This document shows positions 30,260 to 39,290 of a stretch of DNA of 64,000 nt, piece after piece (position 1 is the first letter of the stretch; each line of letters starts with the position of its first letter). The translations under genes and the position numbers were made by a program. Location: NCBI GenBank assembly GCA_041489255.1, contig JBGPQV010000007.1:1-64000 (forward strand), written 5' to 3'. The notes below the pieces were generated by a model. The model worked only from the letters and a program-made list of their open reading frames with translations. It ran no database searches and was not told where the DNA came from. This stretch comes from Thermoplasmata archaeon. GTDB lineage: Archaea > Thermoplasmatota > Thermoplasmata > RBG-16-68-12 > JAFNFQ01.

Positions 30260-30832
30260 ATGAAGCCGCAGTCGCGGGTCCTGGGGATCGACGACGCTCC
30301 ATTCCATTTCGGCGACGAGAGCACCGCGGTCGTGTGCGCCGCCGTGAGGCTGCCACAATATCTGGAGGGGGTGATGGTCGGTAGCGTGGCGGTGGACGGG
30401 ACAGATGCGAACGACGTGCTGCTCCGCATTCTGCAAGAGTCGAGGTACGCTGAGGGCCTGTCACTCATCTTGATCGACGGGGTCGCGCTCGGCGGGTTCA
30501 ATGTCGTCGATATCGACCTGCTCAACCGTGACCTCGGCATCCCGATCGTCACGGTCACGAGGGACGAGCCGGACATTCCCGCGATGGTCCAGGCATTACA
30601 GAAGAAGTTCGGGGACTGGGAGAGGCGGGCGGAGATCATAGGGAGGAAGAAGCTGCAGCGCATCTCAACGCGTCACAAGCCGATATTCGTGACATCTGCC
30701 GGCATCGCTGCCTCTGAACTGAGGGTAGCAATCGAGATGTCGACAGTCAGAGGAGTCCTGCCGGAGCCGATCAGGATCGCTCACCTCATCGCAACAGCGA
30801 TCGCGAAGGGGGAAAGCCACGGTAGGGCCTAG
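30260..30832 (+). CDS. DUF99 family (endonuclease V-like) protein
   Basis: RVLGIDDAPF, VDGTDA, DGVALGGFNVVDI, PEPIRIAHLIA. Confidence 0.9.
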   Translation: MKPQSRVLGIDDAPFHFGDESTAVVCAAVRLPQYLEGVMVGSVAVDGTDANDVLLRILQESRYAEGLSLILIDGVALGGFNVVDIDLLNRDLGIPIVTVTRDEPDIPAMVQALQKKFGDWERRAEIIGRKKLQRISTRHKPIFVTSAGIAASELRVAIEMSTVRGVLPEPIRIAHLIATAIAKGESHGRA

Positions 30833-31863
30833 CCGATCTTGAACCTCAGGAATGCCCCGATTCCGCCGAGTGCCTCGAGTTTCTTGCCAGCCTCGTGATG
30901 TCCGCTGATGACCACGACCTTGCCGTTCTGTCTCTCCACCCTGCGCAAGAGTTCCTCCGTATCCCTGCTGCGCAGCCTGTCCTCGAGGACGAGGAGGGTG
31001 GCGACGGCGCCAGAGGATATGGCGTCCTCGACCTCAGCAGGGCCGTACGCGTAGAGCCCGTCCTTCCCGATCTCCTCGAGGAGATGCTCGACGACCTTGG
31101 TCTCCTGGCCGACGCGCGTCTCCTCGAATATCTTCGCGCCGAGCCCGCTCTTGAGCGACTCGTTGATGCCTTGCATCCCGGCGTGGCTGGTGCCATAGCC
31201 CCTGGTCTTCTTGGCGATGGCGGGGTCTTTCGAGTTGAGGAACTTGATGAACTCCTCGCGCGCGAAGCCCGGTCCGAGCACCACTAGGGTCTCCGCGAGC
31301 TGAGACTGCCTCAACTTCTCCAGGATTTCCTCGAAATACGTCTGCTTGCCATCGGTTGTCGGGAACATCTTGCCGTGGCCCGGAGCGTGGATTGTCGCGA
31401 TTTCCTTGAGGCCGTACTGCCTGAGCTGGGCGATCGTCGCATCGTCGTCGTCGAGGCTCAGGAGGGAGATGAGGGGCTTCTGAGCCGCCGCGACGGCCTC
31501 CTCGATGCGCTGCATCTCGCTCTCCCGCCATTGCTTCACGATCGTGAGGTCGTCCATGAGCGTGAGGTTCAGCGTGTGGTGCGCGCCGTGGTCCTGCGGC
31601 CCCTCCTCGATGACCCCGGAGATCCGCAGGTAGTCCGCGAACTCGTGGAACTCGACCTTCTCCACGCGGATGCCCAGCAGCATCTTCGTCTTGTCCATCC
31701 GATCGGGGCGGAGCTTGTCGCCCTTGTCCTCCTGGCGCCTCGCGGTCATCGCCCGGACCAGATCGCCCGGCTGCACGAGGTTGTCGAGGTGCCAGAGGTC
31801 GTCCAGGTTCTGTATCTGGAGCCTGATCTCTCCATGACGAATGTCCCTATGGATCACGCGCAT
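30829..31863 (-). CDS. pelA: mRNA surveillance protein pelota
   Basis: LDDLWHL..LV.PGDLV, VEFHEF...LRISG, GPGFA, AYGP.EV, HEAGK.L..LGGIGA.LRF. Confidence 0.95.
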   Translation of the reverse strand: MRVIHRDIRHGEIRLQIQNLDDLWHLDNLVQPGDLVRAMTARRQEDKGDKLRPDRMDKTKMLLGIRVEKVEFHEFADYLRISGVIEEGPQDHGAHHTLNLTLMDDLTIVKQWRESEMQRIEEAVAAAQKPLISLLSLDDDDATIAQLRQYGLKEIATIHAPGHGKMFPTTDGKQTYFEEILEKLRQSQLAETLVVLGPGFAREEFIKFLNSKDPAIAKKTRGYGTSHAGMQGINESLKSGLGAKIFEETRVGQETKVVEHLLEEIGKDGLYAYGPAEVEDAISSGAVATLLVLEDRLRSRDTEELLRRVERQNGKVVVISGHHEAGKKLEALGGIGAFLRFKIG

Positions 31864-31937
31864 TGCAATGCTGACCAAGGGCTGCAGGCATTTTATTCTA
31901 TCGCAGGATGGCGACTAGAACAGGAAAAATGAAAGGG

Positions 31938-32061
31938 AGAGACGGGCAGGCAATCCCCGGGTCGCGGGGTGGATCCTGACGCGCGCCGCTCCAAAGAACA
32001 GAGTTCTTGAGCACCTCGGAGCAGAGTGCGGGAGAGAGCGGACTTACCGCTACCCGTCTCT
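31938..32061 (-). ncRNA. Candidate ~125-nt structured ncRNA of unknown family
   Basis: 11-bp terminal stem with a G-U pair on the minus strand, internal hairpins, TTTTATTA ~26 nt upstream, T-rich tract downstream. Confidence 0.5.
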
Positions 32062-32252
32062 TGAGTGATATATTGTCCGTGGAGCGTAATAAAAGGTGTC
32101 AGGCCAGAATCAGTTCTTGTTCTCAGTAACTGTAGCTTGGAAGGCGGGCAGATTCCACGCAACGCCAGATTTCACCAGTCGCACCTCCCGCCACGAAGCA
32201 GTCCGCTGCATGCGGTCGCAAGGGTTAAAGAGGCCCCCGCCAACTCACCGGC

Positions 32253-32408
32253 GTGCGGGACGAAGGCATCGGCGTCCTCTACTGCTGCGGCAAAAGGCTT
32301 TCCTGGGAGCCGCAGGAGGGGACGAGCGTCATGGAGGTCACCTGCCCCAAATGCGGGACAGTCTACGCCATGGACAGGGGCGATGATACCGAAGAAGTGA
32401 AGAAGTGA
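32253..32408 (+). CDS. CPxCG-type zinc-finger microprotein (51 aa)
   Basis: GTG-start MRDEGIGVLYCCGKRLSWEPQEGTSVMEVTCPKCGTVYAMDRGDDTEEVKK*; TTAAAG box ~23 nt upstream; not in ORF track. Confidence 0.7.
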   Translation: MRDEGIGVLYCCGKRLSWEPQEGTSVMEVTCPKCGTVYAMDRGDDTEEVKK

Positions 32409-32436
32409 CCCCATCGCAAATGATGTGATGGATTGA

Positions 32437-33669
32437 CTACTTCAGCACGCCGTGCCCGATCAGCCGCCATTTACCGCCGATCCGCCTGCTTATCGCGAGT
32501 CTCTGACCCGGCTCGGCGGCGACGGGTATCTTGAGGTTCATCTCCGCGACATTGCCGCGGGCCGACGTGACCATGCCCACCGTCGTGGCGGTTCCGATGC
32601 TCAGCATCAGTGGCTCGTTCGTCTTGACGCCCTCGACCTTGATGTCCTCGGTCGCTCCGACGACTTTGTCGAGCAGCTCGACATCGGCCATCATCTTGTG
32701 CATCGGTTCGGGCAGCGTCCCAGGCGGCCCGACCAACCGCCCGACAAGCGAGTCGGACTTCGTGAATGCGGGGTCGAGGAACGTGCCTATCGCGACCAGC
32801 CCGCCAGGAACGACCTCCTTGCGGGTGCTCCCGCCAGAGTGAAGCGATCGCACCTTGCTCGTCAGCTTCTGCCACTCTGCGTTCGCCCCGCTGCCCACCT
32901 GCCTCCCCGGGCTGATTTCGATCTCCTCTCCGACCTTGAGCCTCCCCCGGGTCAGGGTGCCTCCGATGACCCCGCCGACGAACTTGTCAGGCCCTGCGCC
33001 GGGGCGGTTGACGTCGAAGCTCCTCGCGGCGTGCATCCTCGCCGGCGCCTTCTCGTCGAAGCTGGAGGTGGGGATGAGCTGCTCGATCGCCATGAAAATC
33101 GCGTCGATGTTGACGTCGTGGTGCGCCGAGACCGGGATGATTGGCGCCTTCTCCGCGATCGTTCCCCTGACGAAATCCTCTATCTCCTTGTAGTGCGCCC
33201 TCGCCTCCGCCTCGGACACGATGTCCACCTTGTTCTGGACGATGATTATCTTGTCGACCCCTATGATGCTGAGCGCCATGAGGTGCTCCTTGGTCTGGGG
33301 CTGGGGGCACTTCTCGTTCGCGGCAATGAGGAGGAGGGCGCCGTTCATTATCGCGGCCCCGCTCAGCATCGTGGCCATCAGGGTCTCGTGACCAGGGGAG
33401 TCGACGAAGCTGATCGCCCTCAGGAACTCGGTCTTCCCGCTGCAGTGCTTGCACGTCTCGCTCGTGCCGAAGCATTGGGGCGTCTCGCAGGTCGGGCACT
33501 TGTAGACCGCCGCGTCGGCGTAACCGAGGCGTATCGAGATCCCCCGCTTGACCTCCTCGGAGTGGCGGTCGGTGCTCTCGCCCGTCATCGCCCTCACCAG
33601 CGCGGTCTTCCCGTGGTCGACGTGCCCTACGACGCCGACGTTGACGACGGGCTGGATCGGCACCTTCAT
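32437..33669 (-). CDS. eif2g: Translation initiation factor aIF2 gamma subunit
   Basis: GHVDHGKT, RGISIRLGYAD, zinc knuckle, DSPGHETLMATML, NKVD, WRLIG. Confidence 0.97.
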   Translation of the reverse strand: MKVPIQPVVNVGVVGHVDHGKTALVRAMTGESTDRHSEEVKRGISIRLGYADAAVYKCPTCETPQCFGTSETCKHCSGKTEFLRAISFVDSPGHETLMATMLSGAAIMNGALLLIAANEKCPQPQTKEHLMALSIIGVDKIIIVQNKVDIVSEAEARAHYKEIEDFVRGTIAEKAPIIPVSAHHDVNIDAIFMAIEQLIPTSSFDEKAPARMHAARSFDVNRPGAGPDKFVGGVIGGTLTRGRLKVGEEIEISPGRQVGSGANAEWQKLTSKVRSLHSGGSTRKEVVPGGLVAIGTFLDPAFTKSDSLVGRLVGPPGTLPEPMHKMMADVELLDKVVGATEDIKVEGVKTNEPLMLSIGTATTVGMVTSARGNVAEMNLKIPVAAEPGQRLAISRRIGGKWRLIGHGVLK

Positions 33670-34055
33670 TGAGACTTCTCCTTGAAGGCGTCCTCTATTG
33701 ACTTAGGACCCCTCTGAGAGATCTTGAGGTTGAGCTGGAGGATGTCGCCGCTTATCGTGTTGCCGCGGAGGTTCTTCCTCTTGCGGAGGCCTCTCCTATC
33801 AGGATGGAACCCGGTGCCGCCGGAGACCAGGACTGGGCGCCTCCTCGGGCCGGCGAGGTCCCTCCTCATGGGGAAGCCGTCCTTGTCGCTCCCGCCCGTG
33901 ATCTTGAGCTTGTAGCCGGGGAGGCTCACGAACAGGCCGTCCACATCGTCGCCTATCTTCTTGCCGATGAGGGCGGAGGCATAGTGCCCCGCGATCGTCC
34001 TGTTGTACGTCTTCCCGCTCTTCGGGTCGCCGATTACGGCCTTGAACTCCACCAT
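33666..34055 (-). CDS. rps6e: 30S ribosomal protein S6e
   Basis: LIGKKIGD, ITGGSDKDGFPMR, GLRKRK.LRGN.I. Confidence 0.97.
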   Translation of the reverse strand: MVEFKAVIGDPKSGKTYNRTIAGHYASALIGKKIGDDVDGLFVSLPGYKLKITGGSDKDGFPMRRDLAGPRRRPVLVSGGTGFHPDRRGLRKRKNLRGNTISGDILQLNLKISQRGPKSIEDAFKEKSQ

Positions 34056-34293
34056 TGTTCACACCGAGGTGGGCGACTAAAGAAGGGGGCGGATAAAAAC
34101 CTACTGCTTGCGGTTGGTGGGAGAGATGCGTCCGCTTGCAGGTGGCGGGTCTCGGAAAAGCGGTCGCGACCGAGGGACTGCACCGACTGAGACGGATGTG
34201 GGCGATGGCGGCTGTTCCGTTCCAGCGAACGCCCTCTATTCCTCGGTCAGTTTCAAGGACTATGAATTGTCCGAGCCGTGGAGAGAAAGAGTG

Positions 34294-34337
34294 TGAGCGT
34301 GCCGCGATGTGCTCGATGGCGCACCCTGGCACGCTCA
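34294..34337. terminator. 10-bp perfect inverted repeat downstream of collagen-like gene
   Basis: tgagcgtgcc/ggcacgctca, ~30 nt past the stop at 34366. Confidence 0.4.
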
Positions 34338-34365
34338 GTTGCAGATTCCTGGTGCCTTGGTCCGC

Positions 34366-35202
34366 CTATGACGGGTAGAAGACCGCGACCATGGTCCCGC
34401 GTACATAGCGGTCCACCGCGTCTTGACCCGCCGCCATGTAACCGGCCATGTAGTAGGTGTACGTGCCCGCCGTGACGGTCTCGATCCATTGGCTCGACTG
34501 TGTCGAACCATAGACTGCCGTGGACGCCCCGGACTCGATGTAATAGACTCCCAGTTGATCGTCTATGGCGTCGCAGGTCGCCACGTCCGTCGTGATCTTG
34601 AACCAGTAGGCGTCTGTCTGGCCGCTCGTGTGACTGAGCAGATCGTACTGCCATGCGCTTATCACTATCTGGCCGTCTGCCGGGACGGTGATGGTCAGCT
34701 GCATGAAGGCTTGGCACGAGGCCGTGATGGTCGTGACCGTGCCGAAGACTGTGGAAACCATGAGTGTGCCCGGGCCCGGCGGACCCTGCAGGCCCTGCGG
34801 ACCTTGCGCGCCCGCGCAGTCGAGCACGTCCACGACGAGATCGCCGTTTATGTCTTCGGTCGCCAGGTCCCCCACGCGATTGCCATTCAGGTCCCAGCAA
34901 GCAAGGCCAGTCAGGCCCGTGTTCCCGGGCAATCCCTGATTTCCCTGCAATCCCTGGTCTCCCTGAACTCCCTGGATTCCTTGGTCTCCCTTCGGCCCCG
35001 CGGGCCCCGGGAACATTACCATGCCGACCAGCGCAAGCGCCAGACCGGCGGCACCAAGTGCCAGAGCCACGCCAGCCAGCGCGTTCCCCTTGCGAGGAGG
35101 GGAGATCGGCTCCGGCGCGGGACTCGGCGGCGGTGGCATCATCTGCGGCTGAGGCGGCGGCATTCCTGCACCTGTCGTCTGTCCTGAACTCCAACCTGAC
35201 AT
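34366..35202 (-). CDS. Membrane-anchored collagen-like (Gly-X-Y) protein
   Basis: Pro-rich N-terminus, one TM helix, GPAGPKGDQGIQG... repeats, CWDLNGN...DINGD..VDVLDC insert, C-terminal beta domain. Confidence 0.85.
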   Translation of the reverse strand: MSGWSSGQTTGAGMPPPQPQMMPPPPSPAPEPISPPRKGNALAGVALALGAAGLALALVGMVMFPGPAGPKGDQGIQGVQGDQGLQGNQGLPGNTGLTGLACWDLNGNRVGDLATEDINGDLVVDVLDCAGAQGPQGLQGPPGPGTLMVSTVFGTVTTITASCQAFMQLTITVPADGQIVISAWQYDLLSHTSGQTDAYWFKITTDVATCDAIDDQLGVYYIESGASTAVYGSTQSSQWIETVTAGTYTYYMAGYMAAGQDAVDRYVRGTMVAVFYPS

Positions 35203-35327
35203 GATTGATTTCTCCTTTGTGTCCATCACGGATGGACTGCGGTGAATCTGCATCGCCGATATCAAAGTTCTTCTCAGTCTCTGAGTTTTGATAAGCATCG
35301 AAGAGGCGGCGGGAAGGGGCGCACCGA

Positions 35328-35666
35328 TCAAGGGTGGCGGTGCCGCTCGTATGGCCGCCGCCATGCCCTGCCATCCAGGAACATCCCCCACCTGAAGATG
35401 GCGAATATCATCGCCCCGATGATGAGCAGGACCAGGCCGATGCAGCAGGTCCCGAAGTACTGGAACCCGCCGAAGAAGATCTCGATGATGTTCCTGTCGT
35501 CGCAGTGCAGGCCGCAGTCGATGATGCCCGTGAACGCAACCCACGCGAAGATCGCGAAGAAGATGAGGCCGACGATGAGGCATGTGAACCCTATGATCCA
35601 CCAGTAGACACGCTCCGCATAGGCTTCGGGGTTCTGGATCGGTCCACGGATGAGTCCGCCGAACAT
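35328..35666 (-). CDS. Small membrane protein
   Basis: Two hydrophobic segments; start uncertain. Confidence 0.55.
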   Translation of the reverse strand: MFGGLIRGPIQNPEAYAERVYWWIIGFTCLIVGLIFFAIFAWVAFTGIIDCGLHCDDRNIIEIFFGGFQYFGTCCIGLVLLIIGAMIFAIFRWGMFLDGRAWRRPYERHRHP

Positions 35667-35735
35667 CGCGGGGAGTCGCAGTGCGGCCCGATACCTAAGC
35701 ATTGCCCCCTGATTCTCAGGCGGGGATGGTGGGTG

Positions 35736-36944
35736 CTACTTCGCCCCGAACAGGCCGAGGACCTTCCCGATGTCGTCGAACACGGCGGCGATCTGCGCAC
35801 CCTCCTCCTTGGAGAGGCTGTCCATCTCGTGCACCGCCTCGACGAACTGGAGCATGACGTGAACCGCGTCTGCGGTGTCGAAGTCGTCGTCCATAGCCTT
35901 GAAGAACCTTGCCTTGGTGGATCTGACGACCGCATCGGCCTTCCCCCCGCTCGGCGTGCCTTCCGCGCGCTTCGCCTTCTCTATCGCCTCGTGCACGTGC
36001 GCCAGCTCCTCCTCCGTCCTCTTGAAGCAGTCGCGGTCGTACTCCACGTTCTTCCTGTAGTGCTCCTTGAGGAGGCAGAGGCGTATGGCTTCAGGGTTGT
36101 AATTGCTGAGCAGGTCCCTGAGGATGACGAAGTTGCCGAGGGACTTGGACATCTTCTCCTGCTCGATCGTGATGAATGCGTTGTGCAGCCAGAAGTCGCA
36201 CCAGTTCTCCACGAACGCCTCGCTGATCATCAGCTCGCTCTCGTGGTGGGGGAAGACCAGGTCGGTGCCGCCGCAGTGCACGTCGATGGCGGGGCCGAGG
36301 TACCTGTTCGACATCGCGAAGCACTCGACGTGCCAGCCAGGTCGCCCCTTGCCCCATGGGCTGTCCCAGGAAGGCTGGCCCTCATCCGACTTCCGCCAGA
36401 GGGCGAAATCGAGCGGGTTCTCCCTGCCGCCGGTCGTCTGGGCCGCGTCAACCATCATCGTCCTGATGTCACGGTGGCTGAGGGTGCCGAGGGATTTCGC
36501 CTTGTCCACCCTGAAGAATACGCTGCCGTCAGCCGCATAGGCATACCCCTTGTCGATCAAACCCTTGACCGTCGCGACTATCTCCGGTATATGCTCCGTG
36601 ACCCTGGGATACACCTCAGCGCGCCTCACGTTCAAGCGGTCCATGTCATCGAGGAAAGCTCGGATGTTCATCTCCGCGAGCTCGGACGGCTTGATGCCGT
36701 GCTGACCGGCGGTGCGGATGATGCTGTCCTCTATATCGGTGAAGTTCTGCACGAGGCGGACCCTGTGCCCGAGAAAATCGAGGTATCGCCGCACGACATC
36801 GAAGGCGACGTAGGAGCGCGCGTGGCCGAGGTGGGCGGGCGCGTAGACCGTCGGCCCGCAGACGTACATCAAAACCCCGGAGGGCGTCCTCGGGGCGAAC
36901 TCCCGCTTGCCGCGGGTCCTTGTGTCATATACCATCAAAGGCAT
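35736..36944 (-). CDS. cysS: Cysteine--tRNA ligase
   Basis: MYVCGPTVY..AHLGHAR, NFTDIED, DFALWR, GRPGWHVEC, FPHHESE, KMSKSLGN. Confidence 0.96.
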   Translation of the reverse strand: MPLMVYDTRTRGKREFAPRTPSGVLMYVCGPTVYAPAHLGHARSYVAFDVVRRYLDFLGHRVRLVQNFTDIEDSIIRTAGQHGIKPSELAEMNIRAFLDDMDRLNVRRAEVYPRVTEHIPEIVATVKGLIDKGYAYAADGSVFFRVDKAKSLGTLSHRDIRTMMVDAAQTTGGRENPLDFALWRKSDEGQPSWDSPWGKGRPGWHVECFAMSNRYLGPAIDVHCGGTDLVFPHHESELMISEAFVENWCDFWLHNAFITIEQEKMSKSLGNFVILRDLLSNYNPEAIRLCLLKEHYRKNVEYDRDCFKRTEEELAHVHEAIEKAKRAEGTPSGGKADAVVRSTKARFFKAMDDDFDTADAVHVMLQFVEAVHEMDSLSKEEGAQIAAVFDDIGKVLGLFGAK

Positions 36945-37005
36945 GAGACGGCCCGACCCACTAGCAGAGGCCGGTTGGACTTAAGGGTTTTCCCCTCGTG
37001 AGGGG

Positions 37006-37395
37006 TCAGTCCTGGACCAGCTCAAGGAGGACCCCACCCGTGGATTTGGGGTGGATGAACGCTATCTTGCGGCCATGGGCCCCAATCCTCGGGGTCTCGT
37101 TGACCAGCTGCAGCCCCCTCTCCTTGGCGAGCCTCATCGATTCCTCGATGTTCTCGACACGCAACGCGATGTGGTGGACCCCTTCGCCTCTCTTCTCGAT
37201 GGACTTCGCGATGGAGCTTTCAGGCGCGATCGGCTCGAGCAACTCCAGTCTGGTGTCTCCGACTGGAAGGAACGCGACCTTCACTCCCTCGCTCGCGACC
37301 GTGTCCGTGGAGGAGACCTTGAGCCCGAGCGCCTCGTAGGCCTTGATCGCCGCCTCCATGCTCCTCACCGCGATTCCCACATGATCGATATTCAT
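37006..37395 (-). CDS. mce: Methylmalonyl-CoA epimerase
   Basis: IDHVGIAV, LELLEP, GEGVHHIAL, FIHPKSTGGVLLEL. Confidence 0.95.
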   Translation of the reverse strand: MNIDHVGIAVRSMEAAIKAYEALGLKVSSTDTVASEGVKVAFLPVGDTRLELLEPIAPESSIAKSIEKRGEGVHHIALRVENIEESMRLAKERGLQLVNETPRIGAHGRKIAFIHPKSTGGVLLELVQD

Positions 37396-37399
37396 GTCC

Positions 37400-39052
37400 T
37401 CACAGCTCCTGCTTCGCCCTGTAAGTCCCGAAGGCGTCGCGCAAGACGTCGCTTATCTCGCCGATGGTAGCGCCGGACTTGACGCAATCCAACACGTAGG
37501 GTACGAGATTATCCTTGCCCGCCGCCGCTTCGTTCAACTGTTCGAGCCCCCTCAGCACCGAGTAGCTCTCGCGGCGTTTCCTGAAGTCCGCGAGGCGGGC
37601 CACCTGCCTCTGCTCTATCTTTGGGTCGAGCTTCAGCGTTTCCACCGGCGCGCTCTCCTCGTCCTCGTAGCTGTTGACGCCGACGATGATTCTTCTCTTC
37701 TTCTCCACGTCGAGTTGGAAGCGGTATGCGCTCTCAGCGATCTCCCGCTGCACCCACCCTTTCTCGATCGCCGCCATCATCCCGCCCATCTTGTCGATCC
37801 GCTCGATGTACCTCTTCGCCACCTCGGCGATCGTCTGCGTGAGCTCCTCGACGTAGTAGCTCCCTGCGAGCGGGTCGATAGTGTTCACCGCCCCGCTCTC
37901 GTGCGCAATTATCTGCTGTGTCCTGAGGGCGATGCGGACAGCCTTCTCGCTCGGTATCATCAGGGCCTCGTCCATGGAGTTGGTATGGAGGGACTGAGTA
38001 CCGCCGAGCACGCCCGCCAGCGCCTGGTAAGCGACGCGGACGACGTTGTTGTAAGGCTGCTGGCGGGTGAGGGAGACGCCCGCGGTCTGAGTGTGGAACC
38101 TGAGCATCATCGAGGCGGGGTTCTTCGCACCGAACCTCTCCTTCATGATCCTGGCCCAGAGCATCCTCGCGGCCCTGAACTTCGCGACCTCCTCGAGTAG
38201 ATCGCTCTGCGCGTTGAAGAAGAAGCTGAGCTGAGGTCCGAACGCATCCACCGCCATGCCGCGCTTGATCGCCGCGTCGACGTAGGCGATGGCGTCAGCC
38301 AGGGTGAAAGCGACCTCTTGGATTGCGGTCGCCCCCGCCTCGCGGATGTGGTAGCCTGAAATCGAGATTGCGTTCCACCTCGGCATCTCCCTCGCACAGT
38401 AGTCGATGAGGTCGACCGCCAGGCGCATGCTCTCTCGCGGCGGGTAGATGTAGGTACCCCGGGCGATGTACTCCTTTAGGATGTCGTTCTGGATAGTGCC
38501 GCGCAGCTCCTTAGCGGGGACTCCTTGCTTCTCGGCAACGGCGACATAGAACGCGAGAAGGACCATTGCAGTCGAGTTGATCGTCATCGAGGTGCTGACC
38601 TTCCCGAGAGCGATGCCGTCGAACAGGGTCGACATGTCAGCGAGGGAGCAGATTGCGACGCCGACCTTGCCGACCTCTCCCCTCGCCATCTCGTTGTCCG
38701 AGTCGTAGCCTATCTGCGTCGGCAGGTCGAAGGCGACGCTCAGGCCGGTGTTACCTTGTGAGAGGAGGTACTTGTAGCGCTTGTTCGACTCCTCCGCCGT
38801 GCCGAAGCCGGCGTACTGCCTCATCGTCCACAGGCGGCCGCGATACATCGTCGGGTAGATGCCGCGCGTGAAGGGGGACTCGCCGGGAAAGGAGATGTCG
38901 CGTTCGTAGTCGACCTTGACCATGACCTCCGGGCCGTAGAGCCTTCGCACATCCATTCCCGACAAGGTGACGGCTTGTGAGGGCTGCAGATCAGCCGTGG
39001 CCGAGCGTTGCGTCCGACGTGCCCTCGATGAATTCACAGTCTTCTTTGCCAA
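37400..39052 (-). CDS. Methylmalonyl-CoA mutase, substrate-binding subunit
   Basis: [63 protein letters not shown]. Confidence 0.95.
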   Translation of the reverse strand: MAKKTVNSSRARRTQRSATADLQPSQAVTLSGMDVRRLYGPEVMVKVDYERDISFPGESPFTRGIYPTMYRGRLWTMRQYAGFGTAEESNKRYKYLLSQGNTGLSVAFDLPTQIGYDSDNEMARGEVGKVGVAICSLADMSTLFDGIALGKVSTSMTINSTAMVLLAFYVAVAEKQGVPAKELRGTIQNDILKEYIARGTYIYPPRESMRLAVDLIDYCAREMPRWNAISISGYHIREAGATAIQEVAFTLADAIAYVDAAIKRGMAVDAFGPQLSFFFNAQSDLLEEVAKFRAARMLWARIMKERFGAKNPASMMLRFHTQTAGVSLTRQQPYNNVVRVAYQALAGVLGGTQSLHTNSMDEALMIPSEKAVRIALRTQQIIAHESGAVNTIDPLAGSYYVEELTQTIAEVAKRYIERIDKMGGMMAAIEKGWVQREIAESAYRFQLDVEKKRRIIVGVNSYEDEESAPVETLKLDPKIEQRQVARLADFRKRRESYSVLRGLEQLNEAAAGKDNLVPYVLDCVKSGATIGEISDVLRDAFGTYRAKQEL

Positions 39053-39290
39053 GAATCGCGCACCTTGGCGGTGAACCGGCGATGGCTTGAAAAGGCTTTC
39101 CCACGTCGGCCTGCGATGGGAAGCCTGAAAGCTCTGCGGGCTCCGTTTTCATGTCGCTCGGGAGTTCGCCGCGGGACAAGGGTCGGAAATCGCTTCTTGA
39201 TCTCTCCCGGATTGTGAATGCGGCCACCAGATACCGTTATATCCTCAAAGCGGGATGATATTCTCACGAAAAAGATTGGGTGTGAGGGGA

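Noticed and set aside
34294-34345. Integron attC site
   Set aside because: Lacks a matching RYYYAAC/GTTRRRY pair, is not repeated, and there is no integrase
32452-37001. Long antisense ORFs (e.g. 32452..33672, 35334..37001; also 15563..17035)
   Set aside because: Shadow frames of high-GC3 housekeeping genes
39093-39126. Cobalamin riboswitch upstream of the mutase gene
   Set aside because: Only an imperfect hairpin (aggctttccca/tgggaagcct); no B12-box motifs recognised
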